Positions 26,340-39,740 of a stretch of 64,000 nucleotides of DNA are shown in pieces; within the stretch, counting starts at the first letter, position 1; every line of letters starts with the position of its first letter. Origin of the DNA: Kudoa neothunni (lineage: Eukaryota > Animalia > Cnidaria); NCBI GenBank assembly GCA_964304625.1, contig OZ199839.1:10027201-10091200 (forward strand). The letters are read 5' to 3'. The translations under genes were made by a program, and so were the position numbers. A model generated the notes under the pieces. That model was not told the origin of the DNA and made no database searches. It worked only from the letters and a program-made list of their open reading frames with translations.

Positions 26340-27150
26340 TATAGCTTGGGATTGTACTTCGATTTTTATTTGTTATAGAGCGATATTTTTTTAGTTCCCC
26401 CATGTTGATTCAACCTTATTTGTGTGGACTTCTTGAAGCGAAACAAAGTTGTTCTTGTGAATAACAGTGTAATGGATGAAACCTAAATCTTCAAGTCTTG
26501 TAACCAGCCCAACCATCAGTCCAAATGATAGATCGGGCTTCAACATTATTTAATATAATGTCTTCTAGAACTTGGCGATTTCGATATCGTGAAAGTTTAA
26601 GAAAACAGTTACCATTTTCATTTATTCCTCCGATCACCCAAAATTTTTGATTTTTCAGAATTCGACCAACATCATGTTTCTTATACGTCTGACAGTTTCG
26701 TCTATTTGAACAACAACATCGTTCCCACCAAATCTGTAAAATTCTTCATTCAACTTTAAAAACATGTTGTCGACGATTATTTTTTCAAATTTAGAATAGT
26801 AGAATATGAAGAAATGTCCAAATGCCTCGCTAAATCCCCATAAGTCATGGTTGGATGTTGAAAAATTATAACATATAACTATCAGCAGAAATAACTTTCA
26901 TATAGGAAGTTTTGAGAGCTCGAGAATTGTTCTATTTCTTATAGACACCCGTTTTTTGTAATGGTTGCGTTTTAACTGATATTTGAAATTTATATCACTG
27001 CGAGATATCAATTTTAATTTCCCGCCGCAATTACATGATCGATTTAACTTTATATAACCTAAATTTTCTAAAACATTAATTGTATATTTTCGATTATCAC
27101 GAAAATAGTCATTATCTAAAATTGTGATTCTATCAAATGTTCCAAACTCA
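26340..27150 (-). pseudogene. Merlin (ISXO2-like) transposase remnant
   Basis: Minus-strand pieces CNCGGKLKL...SIRNRTILELSKLP, FGGNDVVVQIDET, WVIGGINENG, WTDGW, HTNKVESTWG. Confidence 0.8.
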
Positions 27151-29367
27151 AAATTTTGCATTTTTCGGAATTGCCAACGAGCTTGCACTGGATGAAAATG
27201 AAATATTACGGACGCTGGACACGTATACTGTGAATTAGCCGAAATATAGGCTTGTTGTTTTATTGAAATAAAATCTACTTGGGTATATACGGAAACACTC
27301 TACAGGAGCCTAAATTATTTTTAACAAAATAAATATCAATCATTATTTTTATAGACTATCAAAAACTCTCATAATTATTTGTTCTTGTAAATTTCTGCAG
27401 ATTATAGATTTGTTCAGCTTAAATAGACCTTCAAATTTTAATAATTTTTGGATTTGAAAATAGATTGAATTAATTATTCGCATTCCGTCAGTAAAAATAA
27501 CTTTAAATGTTGATTATCTATAACAAATCTAAATTGAACTCACATTGACAAAACACATATTTAGTCTATATGATTTAAAGATTTTGCCATTTCACCAGAA
27601 TGTAATTAGCATAATAAAATACGTTGTTATTTCGATTTTTAAAGTAATGTTTTCCAAAATTTCAACATATTAGACGTTTAAATGTATAATTTATGAGATT
27701 AGTAGGATTCAAAATAGACCTTTTTACATCGCTATAACATATTACAAAAATACTCATATATTTTTATTTCATTTTTCTTATTTAATTTTTAAATATTTAA
27801 CCATATAAATCCAATAATTTTAGAATAAAATTAAAAATTTAATTAAAAACATCGACTACGTTGTACTGAATCACGCTGTATCGAGATTGATATACAAAGA
27901 TTAGGCCGTTATTTACAAGCAACACAATGATTTTACCAAGAAGATTGTTCAAAAATATATGTAATGACGAGAAAAATTTTATAAAATATTTTACTTTCTT
28001 TATCAACTTTTCTTTCTCAAATTTTATCGTATTAACTAGGAAATAAAATTAAAATAGACTAGATTAAATATGAGATGTATCTTACATGAGTAAAATTGTT
28101 TGAATAGGCGCGCCTAAAGAGCAAATTAAACTAACTTGTAATATGTATTAACTTCCGGCTTAAACAAATGTTTATTTTTTGGATTATATCTCATTATAAT
28201 TTTTATTTTAATCAAGGACAATTTTCTGGAAATTTTTTATTTTTCGACACAAGTAAATATCTTTTTGTTTCTTATGGTTTATAGAACCTTCTTAAAGATA
28301 GTATGATATTAACTAAATTTAAAACAACGAGTCGACATCATCAGAACAGTTTTTCATATATGAATCCGCCCGGTGCCAACATCAATTTAATCTCTTCCAA
28401 ATTAACTCAAGAAGGAATAATTAAAACAAACACGAGAATTACAATCTAGAAAGTGGTGTTTCTATATCAAATGGTGAGGAGCTTTTGTAGGAATAAATGT
28501 AATTTCATATTTAGAGAGTTTTTTTCGATTTAGCATTATTTTTATTTCACATTTAACACTTCAATTTCCTCGTATCGTAGTCAATACATAAAAAATTTCG
28601 TAATATTTTTAGATGTAGAGTAAATACAGGAGCATAAAATATATTAAAAGTATATAACATAAAATAATATTTTAAACAATTTATATTACATTATAAATTA
28701 ATAATTTTATAATCCATATATCATTGAATTTTTTCGCTCGAAGTCTTAGGTTCACAATATCACGAAATTTTCCTTGCTATTGTATTCTTATCAAAATCGG
28801 TTATATATATATATATATGTATATGTATTAACAATTTTTATTTACGTAATTAATATTAAAATATAGATATCAAAATTGTTGTTGGCGCATCAATCTTATG
28901 TTTAACGTAAATTATTTCATACGAGATAAAACCACATATCCTCATATGTGATATGTAAAATCCTACCAAAGAAGTTCTGACATAAAGAGTAAAATAAAAT
29001 TAATTTCATTAAAATTAAATAAATCAATTTATGTGTTAAATCAAATTAAAAAATGTTCGACATTTTTAAACCCCGAACCAGAATATTATAAATTATAATT
29101 CGCATTTTTGACTTTAATTAATCACAAATGATTCTTAAATAAAAGTATCAATTTCAAGTCTATACCTGCTTAAAAATAATAATATTAAAAAATCAGTTAT
29201 TATAGTCACAATTTTTTAAAGATTCTTTCTCATTTTAACTAATATTTTAATCTTATTATTAATAAATTAAATTATTCTTTATTTATTTTTAATTCTAAAT
29301 TAAAACATATGTTTTCTAACTGATTTCTAAAACCATAAGAATATGTGTAATTTTTTGTTAATAGCAA

Positions 29368-30694
29368 CTAGCGCTCATGCCTAGCTCTGCCTGGCATTAT
29401 GTGATGGAAAATTTTAACTTTTAGTTTTGTTTTTGAATGGAGAAATTCTACCTAAGATTTAACTTAATTATCGCGTTAAACCCTGTAAATTTTATTTTTC
29501 TCTTTTAATTGTTGCAGTTTAAAGCTTGTCATTATTTTTGTAATGTGAATATTTAGAAAAAAAAATTATGCGCGCACTTACCATTCAAATATAAACAGAG
29601 GTATTATGGGAAGTTAATGAATATTTTTAAGTATATTTTACAAATTTTTAACAAAAAATATAATGAACTTAATTTTATGAGCGATGTAATTAACGATTAA
29701 GGTTCATTTATTTATTAAACTAACTCATTAAGTAACTTAAATAGGACTTTCAGTTCTTTTCAAAATTTTGCGATAATAATTAATTCCCCTAGTTATAAAA
29801 TTTATTATTAGTCTACAAACGATAAAATAAATAAAACTGACCTAGGATGCTTTAGAAATAAAAATATTAATTGTTACTCCTTTTTTGTAATTTTATAAAG
29901 GATGTTTTAAAAAGCTGTAAGTGGTAACTTACGTATTCATTATTTTAACATAATATCCCCCTTTTTAAATAAATGAAACCTTTCTTATTAGCAAAAATAC
30001 TTACTGGTTCAAATATATACGACTTCAATTAACAAAATACGATTAAATCTAAAATCTAAAATGTAAAGGTGTTAGTGGTTAGTGGTTAGAAAAATTCCAG
30101 TAATGCTTAAATATCAAATGGTTTTCTCTATGGAGTGTATCCTTTTTTAAAAAGTACTGTTTGATTGTCCTTAAAAAATTTCGTTTTCTTGGATTATACC
30201 TAGATGTACATAATCACTTTCGCATAAATATATCCATAACACTTGAAAAGTGAAAATATATCCTAAATAATTTGGTTTTGCTTCAAATTTTAAGAGAATA
30301 TAACAACTCTTGTAAATGTGACTTGAATAGTTTTATTTGTCTTAAAATTAATACAAACGACATACAAAACATTTTATGTCATATTTAACAGACTCTCTTT
30401 GTGTATAATGAGTAAAAGTTCATTCTAATTGACTATCACTCCAAAGTAAACAAACATCAATATTATGAAGGTACTTTTTAAGCTGCTATTTGAGTTGACA
30501 ATCACAATATTCCTTACTTCTGACTGCGATATTGATCATATTTCTACTTCTAAGTGAATGAACTATTTTTCCTAATGGTATCATCTATCCAAAGACAAAT
30601 TAAAAGCTGTATTTAGAAATGTTTCTCCATGTCACATGCGTAATGTTGCAAACACACGCACTGACTGACATACGAACTTTAAATATATATTAGA
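29368..30694 (-). mobile_element. Non-autonomous Helitron-like element
   Basis: Minus-strand 5' A|TCTAATATATAT (30694) next to a CA/GT-rich tract. 3' GC-rich hairpin-like segment followed by CTAG|T (29368). Confidence 0.5.
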
Positions 30695-33114
30695 TCTATG
30701 AGAAATTTTAAGAGGAATCAAAAAAGTATTTTCTTAGACTCATTAATTTCTGTCGATATATTCAACACCTAGAATAACCTTTAAAGTTTAACAAACAAAC
30801 ATATTCTCTCTATTTTAAAGGTGTAACATTAAATTAATTTAATAAGATTTCGACAGGGGCCACGGAAAAGCTCATCGTGAGTCGGTGTTTGTGCACCCTT
30901 GATCTAGATAATTTATCGACCGTGAATGCAGATTGCATTTTGGCCATGAAGTAATGTAATTAATATTTTAATAGATATACATGGTACCACTGTATATAAA
31001 AATGACTTTAAAAAATGAAAAATAACATATATTAATCGATAAATTAGAAAAAATAATATACCATTCTATTTTGGACTAAAAATGGTGTGGAGGTAATAAT
31101 TCACGATGAACTTTAAAACTATCACACAAAATCACATTCTTAACCAAATACACTTACAAACACATGTTATTTGGAGAAAAGCGTACGAAATCCTAATGAA
31201 GGAAATTCTAGATTTTCGCTTAACATATTCTTATTCGTTTCTTTGTGCTTGTGTTCATTTTCGATCGATTAGATTTTAACTTGATGATCGTTCAAATTTA
31301 ATCGATAAAAATTAGGGTTTCCCCGATACCAATAAAATTTCTTTTTTTATAACCAGTATCTAATGAAGAATAATGTGTCAAATTACATTAAAATGTATCA
31401 AAATATCTTTAAATTTGTTCATTAAAATTATTCTTATATTTTTATAAATCTTTACGCATTTCTCTATTGAATAGTACAAAAAACATATTAGGTTTGCAAT
31501 ATTCATTAGGCCTGTCAACAAAATATCGGGTAATGGTAACGTATGCGGCACCTAAAAAACGTCCTCTTTCGAATGTTTTTTCGAAATTGTTTTTTCACGA
31601 TTATTGATAATAATATAAAAGAATATGGATAGAAAAAATTCAGCTAAAAATAATAACTTTAAAATTTTGAGAATTTTTCATCTGAAAGAGGTCGAATACG
31701 CGTGTAATCTACATCTTTTTTTCAACAAAAATTGAATTTATCTCTAATTTATGTGGATAAGCGTTTATAAATTTGTTCTTTCGCATATTGTTTACCGTAT
31801 AAATACAAATTGTACAATATCAAATTTAATTATACAGGTTTTTATAGGGTTTAAGCATGAATAGTTTAAAAACGAGAAGACAATTACGTGCTCTTAAAAT
31901 ATATTTTCTTAATTTGTGTGGAGTTGATGAGTATTTTTATTAATTAATCAACATTGTATTATCAACCAATATTGAATTTCAATAGAGAAATAACTTAAGA
32001 TTTATTATAGTAAGTTATCACTTTTTAAGAGGAATTCTTACATGTATGTTAAGTATAGCATTCGATAAACGTAAAAATGTAGTTATACAAAAAATAAAAC
32101 AGAAAAAATTGTTATTTCTATAAAAATATTAGTTTTAATGAATTATATATGTACTGATAAAATAATGACCTAAATTAACATATTGTGTTATCATTTTAAA
32201 TTCTCTCAATTATTATATTGGGCCTAAATTTTTTTAAGAAATTTTGGTATATAAAAAAACTTTCTAAATAATAAAAATACAGTTTCAAATTTTTCTTTCA
32301 ATTTTTTATACATATTTAAAGGTAAAGGAATTAATATAATCATTTTTAAAAATTAGGTTCCTGAATTTTAATAATATAAATTGAATAATTTCTTAATTTC
32401 TAATAAAAAATTTAATCAAAAAAAGTAGAAACTAAAACAAACTATACTACATTAATTTCATTATTTAAAATATCACAAAGTATTTTTATTAATGTGAAAA
32501 ATGGGACGTTTTTGTGAAATTTGAAAAAAGTTTATTTTTAAAGTTATTTTATATAAAATTGTTACATATCAATAATAAAAATTTTAAATAGTAATAATAA
32601 ATAATTAATGAGTTAATAACTAAGAAAAAAACGGAATAATTCAATATTTGTTGATAAAAACACATTAAAGTTTATTCGGGGACAAAGAATATTAATTTGA
32701 GAAATGAAAACTAAGTTTCTTGTGTTTTCTTCATCTCTATTATTTTTTATCCCTTAGAAAGTTAGTGGTGCACGCATTTTCCGTGCCGTTCCAGAATTCG
32801 ACCTTAAAAAACCGCTGGGCCAAAAAATAAAGTATTACATAGCTCTTTAAGGGAATTTTAATTCGGGAATGGAAATAAATATGACAATCACCTTAAATTA
32901 TTTAGCGTTGGTGTCATAACAAAAAATTGTTAATTCGAAACCAGAATTAATACACTCTTGCACAGAAATGATCATGATTTAAATTTCGAATTCATAATCG
33001 ACAAAGTATGATGCTTACAAAAAATTTAGTTTCACTGCTTCAATAAATCAATTTGAAATATAATATTTTTTCGAATGTTATAGAGAAATGTCTTTATGCA
33101 AAATCTTCCCCAAT

Positions 33115-33137
33115 CAAAGCTGGGCAGTTCGCACCAG
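33115..33137 (+). repeat. Helitron-like 3' terminus related to the end at 664
   Basis: AAGCTGGGCAGTTCGC is the reverse complement of the hairpin segment at 668-683, followed by ACCAG|T. Confidence 0.5.
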
Positions 33138-34586
33138 TATCTTATAAAAATATGGCATGCGAACAATTTAATTATCTGATAAAATATATTTCACGTGGTT
33201 TGATGTGTTTATGAATGAAAGTATCAATCTCGCGCAAAATATTTATTTTACCTTACTAAGTTAACTAGTTATCCATGAGATGGATATCAAAACATTTGAG
33301 GAAATTAATATTTTACCGACCGATAATACAATCAATTGGGTTCCCTTATTAAGTAAAATCGGTAAATATTAGAGAAATAAAACTTTTTTGAATGACTAAA
33401 AATCTTGACGTAATCTCATTAGAATACAACGAACGTCTAAAACAATTGAAATTTAAAATGTGGACATGCGTAGAACATGGTATCGGAATGGGTATCGATA
33501 TCGGCGACTATTGAAATTTGGAGTACTCGTACTAGTTTTAAAAAATGTGGTATAGGTGCAACCTTAATAAAAATATTAGGTTTACACTTGATATTATCCT
33601 ATCATCATAAGAGGAATTTGTCAATCCTTTCCAGCCCAACGTTCACTTATAATCTAAATAAACAAGAGAAAAGATTACGATGCAATGGCGCTGTTTATTA
33701 AATATTCGTTCCAAAATAATTTTAAAATGTTATAGTTATTTTCGTATATTTAATAACGAGTTGAAAATTATTTTAACGAACTGTATTAAAAGAATACAGA
33801 ATAAAAAACTTGATATAACGTCATTTTAAACAATTTAATGTGATTTATCTTATTTACATTTATTATTATTACATATTCCATATGATATTATTGCTCAAAT
33901 ATAATTTTTCAACATTTAAATTGATTCATATATATATATATATATCTGAAAAGATGGAAAATTGATATAAGCTATTAATTTTGTGTATTATCTAGTTAAT
34001 CATTATTTCATTATGAATAATTATAATATATATACAATTCAGAAAAAAAATATATATTCTAATATTTAATTAGTTGTACGAAAATATTCAGAGCTTTTGC
34101 TTTCAATATTTTTAGATTTGGAATTGTTTGGAAAATGAGAAGTTGATATCAAAATTGGTGTGCATATACAAAATAATTGATCGATGTAAGCGTATTGATT
34201 ATATTGAGCCTTTATTCTCAATCAATAAACAGCATGAATATTCATTCCATATTAAAGACATCGTAAAATTTTAGCACTCTTTTTATACATGAAACTAGGA
34301 TTTTTTTTAATTTTTAGTTTTCCCTGTTATTTACTGTTAATGACTGGAAAAAATTGTCAAGAAATTTTTAACTTACAAATAGTTATAATTTACAGTTTTT
34401 AAGCATTATATTTTCTTTAGATCTCAAAAAAATATTTAGGCATAAAAGGATTAATATGCGTGAAAATGCGTCGCCAGTGTGTGGTTAAACAGAAAATTAG
34501 ATTTTAAGATTTTATTAAAACTAATTCATTTTAATATCAAAAAAATAAGCATAGAAAATTTCGATTGTATCTAAATATTTAAATAA

Positions 34587-34701
34587 TTAGATAATCAGGA
34601 AATTTCTTAGATTTCAGTTATATCGAATAATTATAACTGCTTAGCTGGAATAACGCTAATGGTAACCAATAATGAATAACTCCATTGCGATAATTATTGT
34701 T
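34587..34701 (-). pseudogene. Decayed transmembrane/tail exon of paralog 3
   Basis: Same length (115 nt) and similar ending (ATT ATC TAA vs ATT ATA TAA) as exon 10 of paralog 2, but with compensating frameshifts and in-frame TAG, TAA and TGA. The TM remnant LLVTISVIPA is out of frame. Confidence 0.75.
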
Positions 34702-34745
34702 CTAAATTATTAATTAAATTTTTTCCAACCAGAAATATACTTGAT

Positions 34746-37445
34746 TTAATCATCGTTGCTAAACAATCGGATAAATAACTCAAAATATTAAAAAATTACT
34801 AATTAGGGTCTATAATAAGAAGTTGATCTTCCACTAAATTATCAAATTAAAATTGATTAGATACAGTAAAATGTACTTATTCTAAATAATGTAAAACCAT
34901 TAATATCAACATTTTCTTTGTAGTAAACTGTGAAATTATACATGAACCCGACTTCATTGATGTTGCCAATGGAAATATTATTACATCTCGGGACAACATG
35001 CTCACAATTCAAATCGTTTGATTTAGTACACTGCCCTTTTATAAACCAACTATCTTTTCGTACGATTCTCATCTTCCAATAACATGTTGCTTCAGGAGAG
35101 ATAATTGCTTTGGGGAGTATGGCAGACACAGTTAGTTGGTTATTATTCCATAAAGGTATTACATTTATTTTTTTGGTATCTAGAAAAAATTTTTAAAAAA
35201 TAATAAATTATAATACTTGTTAATAATAAAATATTAAAGTAATATTCGTGATAATAGAAATTTATGAAAACCTTGTGGAATCGTGAGACATGTTGTTTCC
35301 GAGACATCAAAGATTGATTTCACGCAGATAAGATACTCCTTAGATGGATCCAAAAGATCGGTCAATTCGACGCTATCACACCTTGGAAGCCAACAGCATG
35401 AATTGATTATTTCATCTGTAGTAGAAAGTATGTGAAAATTGCTGGAGTTATTTGGTTTAATAATTTGTTCATTATTAAAGCAGGTAGTGAATAATTTGAA
35501 ACCACCTATATATTCTTCAAAAATGGTATATTCACACTGAAAATCTAATTTAGATTTGTATGCCACTTTTGCGTGGATTTTTATGTTAAAACCTTCGTAA
35601 CTGTATTGAAGCTCTAAGGTACCATCAACTAAAACATTTTATTTAATCCCTTAATATAAATAAATTATTTTAAATACTTGGTAATATTATTGGATCGTAA
35701 TCAGAATCAACATAAACTTTGATTTTATATTTGGCAGTAGGATAAATTCCTCTAAGAATATAATTCTTATTGCACAGCCCACGACAAGAACGATGACCAT
35801 CACAGTTTGCTTCGTAGAATAAATCGCTTTCCGTTAGACTTACATAGAAAGCGCAAGTATACCTCCTTGTTGTGTCTTTCAGATCAAAGATATGCCCCAA
35901 TAGATTAATCTTATTTGGTATTTCTACGGGTAAAATTATAATTTGTCGACTAAAATCAACTCCAGCTATCAGTTTAAAATATTAGTAAAATCGTTATTGA
36001 AAAATTTACCTGTTCGAAATGTAACTTTTTCGGTGTGCCGCATACTTCCGCCATTACTTAAATCAATCAATACGAGGTATAATATTCCGGGTTCCAAACG
36101 TTCAATCGTTATCTGAGTGCATAATGTGTCACAATTTGTCTCCTCATCACAGGAAACTTCAGCTGAAACTATTGCCATCCGAGTATCACCTCGGTATACA
36201 TTTGTAAAACATCTGTCATAAATAGGGCTGTCTCTTTGAATAGGATTGCTAAATTGTGAATTATCGAGAGAAACGCTTCTTTTGGAAATTTTTGAAACTA
36301 TACCTCCAAAGGTATTATCAGCAGCTACAAATACTAAATAAAATATATTTTAATTAAATAATGAGGTTAAAAGTTAATACCAAATTTTTTATCAATAAAA
36401 CCAGAACCTATTATTTGTCGGTTATGATGTCTTGTTGTTATTCTTATTTCGACAATAGGATATAAATCGTAATAAAGTCCAACCGTTCTACAGGGAGAGT
36501 AGCATTCCTTTCCTATATAACTCCCGCCACAATCAGATGTGTATTCTGTAGGTTTTTCCCCAGACGCGTAATTAGCTCTTATACTGAAGTGACAAATATC
36601 AGCAGAAAAATTATTCTCAAATGATAGGAGGTAAACATATTTTCCATCCACAGCTTTATAAGCCACACTATACTGTGGTCTATACATTTCTATATTAGCC
36701 CGCATGTATTGGTTCGGCATGTAATAATAGAAACTAGGTTTGTTTGTGCATTTAACTTCAAAATGTTCGATCAAAAAATTGATCTCAACATGATAATACA
36801 GTTCATCTTCATAGGCACTAGGAGTACCAGATTTTTTCATTTTCTCAATTTTATCTTTGTAATGTATTTCACAGTTGCCTATTTCACGTGTACCTGTGGT
36901 TACAGATACAAATATGGAATTTTGGACAAACATTGTCGTGACCAATAAATCGAACAAAATTGCTATAATAATTTTGAATACTTTATTTCTATAATTATTA
37001 CAGACTTACGTGTCTCAAAACCAATTATATGCAAGCTTTCATCTGAACTTGTGTCACCTTCTGAAATTCTAACTAAGGCGTATTTTGAGTTCTTATCAAC
37101 AAATTTATATGCATATATTCCACTATCACATGTGAAATTGCAATAATTATGCGGGGAAATATCTCCCACCAATAAGCATGTTCTTCCAAAACTGAGAATT
37201 TCGTCTGGAACAAGTATAGAACTCCAGCATTGTTCATTTGCTCCTGTGGAGCTAGTCACATTGAGTGTAATTTTAGGAGGAGATACTTCATGGTTAATAT
37301 CATAGGTGAATTTTCTTGAATTAGCATCAAAACTGTTGCAACACGTTTGAGCGATGATATCTTTATATTATTAAACAAATCAGAGCAATATTTATTATAT
37401 ATTACAAATAATAATAGTAAATGTATGATAATTAATAATTTTCAT
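34746..37445 (-). CDS. Paralog 3: intact 4-Cys FN3-like ectodomain, predicted secreted (no TM)
   Basis: Same exon layout as paralog 2, and ectodomain exons are open. The 18-nt microexon 34741-34758 reads C AAC GAT GAT TAA, ending the protein at ...DPNYNDD* before the TM exon. Confidence 0.85.
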
Positions 37446-38720
37446 TCCTTTATTTTATTACGCCTGATACATCAAATGACGATATTGTTCCCTTCTATAT
37501 AGCAATTTATACTCAAGTAATTAAATAAGCGATTTATTCGATAATCTAATACATTTTAATGAGTTATATCTAATCCTTACGTAATTTTCTGAAATATGTT
37601 CAGTTAATATATTTATATCATTTCGACACACATAAAAAATATTTATTTAATATTCGATACATGAATTTGCAGTTTTTACACCCTCACATTATAGTTTATT
37701 TTCCCTTATTATAAATATTGAATAATACCATTCTTTCATTATGTATTTAATTTCAATGTGTTGAAATGGTAATATCTAATGAATTTAACCGATACTATAT
37801 CTGACTTTATGACTGGATTAATATTCTCTTTAGAGATATTTATATTTATTATGAGCTTCTATCCAGTATCATTAAATTACGAGAATATTAAAACATATTT
37901 TAATTATTAAGATCATTTCTTTATAATCATTTTTAGTCTTTACTATCTGCAAAAAATTCTATACATTCGTAATCATGAAATTTTGTTATTATTTACTAAA
38001 TTAATAATTCCTTTTTACGTAAATTTGCTAATTAAATACTATAAAATTTCTCATTATTACCAATGGATTAAATAATTCGGTAATTGATAAAGTGCTGGTT
38101 TTATATTATTTTTTAATGTAATTAATACAAATAAAAAAATAATTTGGTCACGTTATGATGACCAGCTTGTACAATGTTGAAAAATATCAATATCTCTGAT
38201 AATTGATTTTCAAGAAATTAAAAATCAAGTTATTCCCTAAGTAGTATTTTCAAATATACAGTTCAGTTAATAATTTCAAATACAACGATATCCTTTTTCA
38301 ATAAAAAGTAAAGATCCCGCTTCGATTACCTTCAGCAAAAGTTTTTGCGAAATAGCAAGTATAAGGAACGGTAATATTCTGTTAAATCCTATTTGACGAT
38401 ATTTAACTATTTCTGCCCCAATTACACTTTCTTATGGAGTAAAAAATTTATTATTTTTTCATATTCTCGAAAAATAAATAGCTATATTGACTATAATTGA
38501 ATTTGGGTACAGCTTTACCATCGATGTCTGATTTTATCTTGTATATCCTATTTTGTCCTATTTTCCCTGTCCTTCCATTCAATAGGCCAATAATCTCAAA
38601 AAGGGTTTCAAAATTGAGGAGCATCCGCATATACCACAAACAAAGAAATATAACCATAGTAGATTTTATTTCGTAAACTATTTAAATTAGTATCTTTTAT
38701 TTAATGAAGTGTTTTATTAA

Positions 38721-39740
38721 CCATCTAATATCTAATGGTGCGAGAAACGTACGTCTTCCAACGATTTTTGGGGTGTAATACATCTCATTCTTTTTTTTTG
38801 ACATATTTACTTTAAAAAATTAACGATAAACTAGTAAAATTCCAACGACTTCTATCGACTATTTATATAACAAATTGGGAATAATTTTACAAAATAACCC
38901 CGTTAGATCTGATAGATGAGATATTAAAAGCCACAGACTCTTTCACGCATAAAAAATATAATCAAGTGGCATACTAAATATTATTTCCTCATTGAGGTCA
39001 ACTTTTATAATTACAATGACTCCTCTAACAACTATAAAATTAATTGACGAATGTTCCTGATATTATGTTTATCCAAGTAAATTGGAATACTTTATTACTT
39101 CAGGACAAATATTTTGGCCGAAGAAAATAAAAAAACAATGAGAAATAAATTTAACTCTTCGATAACAGTAAGCCGTTTGTCCCCCGACAATCATTCATAA
39201 TATTTTCAATCGAAGTTATTGATGTTGAGTGCTTATTTAGATTCCACATAATGCGATTTTTATTATTCAGTGATCCGTCATTAATATGGGAATAGTAAAG
39301 TTCAACCGAATTTTCAGAAGATTTTAAAAATAATCATCCAATTCCCTCCAGATGATTGGCTACCATTATTGTAGGCTTCAGAGGTGTTCATTATTGTTAA
39401 AGAGGAGTATGCGAAAACTAATTTGGCGAACTAAAGATATTAAATTAATAAAAATCTACTCAATACAATTCTCCTAAACTTTTTCAAAATTAAGCACATA
39501 CAATAAAGCCCTTAATAAACGGAAAAAAACTGGGATGTATTACACCCCAAAAATCGTTAGAAGGTATTATTTTTTTAGTGTACTTGTATGATATATTTTT
39601 TCCCAAAAATTACAAAAATAAATGTTCAAATTATTCCACAAGAATAGTTTGAGTTTAAGCGTGTGCAAATAACAAGAGAAAAAGTAATAACCAGTTCAAA
39701 AATTATTTGAGGTGTAATACACCCCAAAATCGTTAGAGGG
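38721..39740 (-). mobile_element. Non-autonomous piggyBac deletion derivative
   Basis: TTAA|CCATCTAA ... CGTTAGAGGG|TTAA. Subterminal repeat AACGATTTTTGGGGTGTAATACA at about 38760, inverted at about 39540 and 39715. Ends resemble the element at 48252. Confidence 0.7.

Noticed and set aside
6095-37445. Alternative genetic code or stop-codon readthrough to explain fragmented ORFs
   Set aside because: Each interruption resolves as a short GT-AG intron at homologous positions in all three paralogs.
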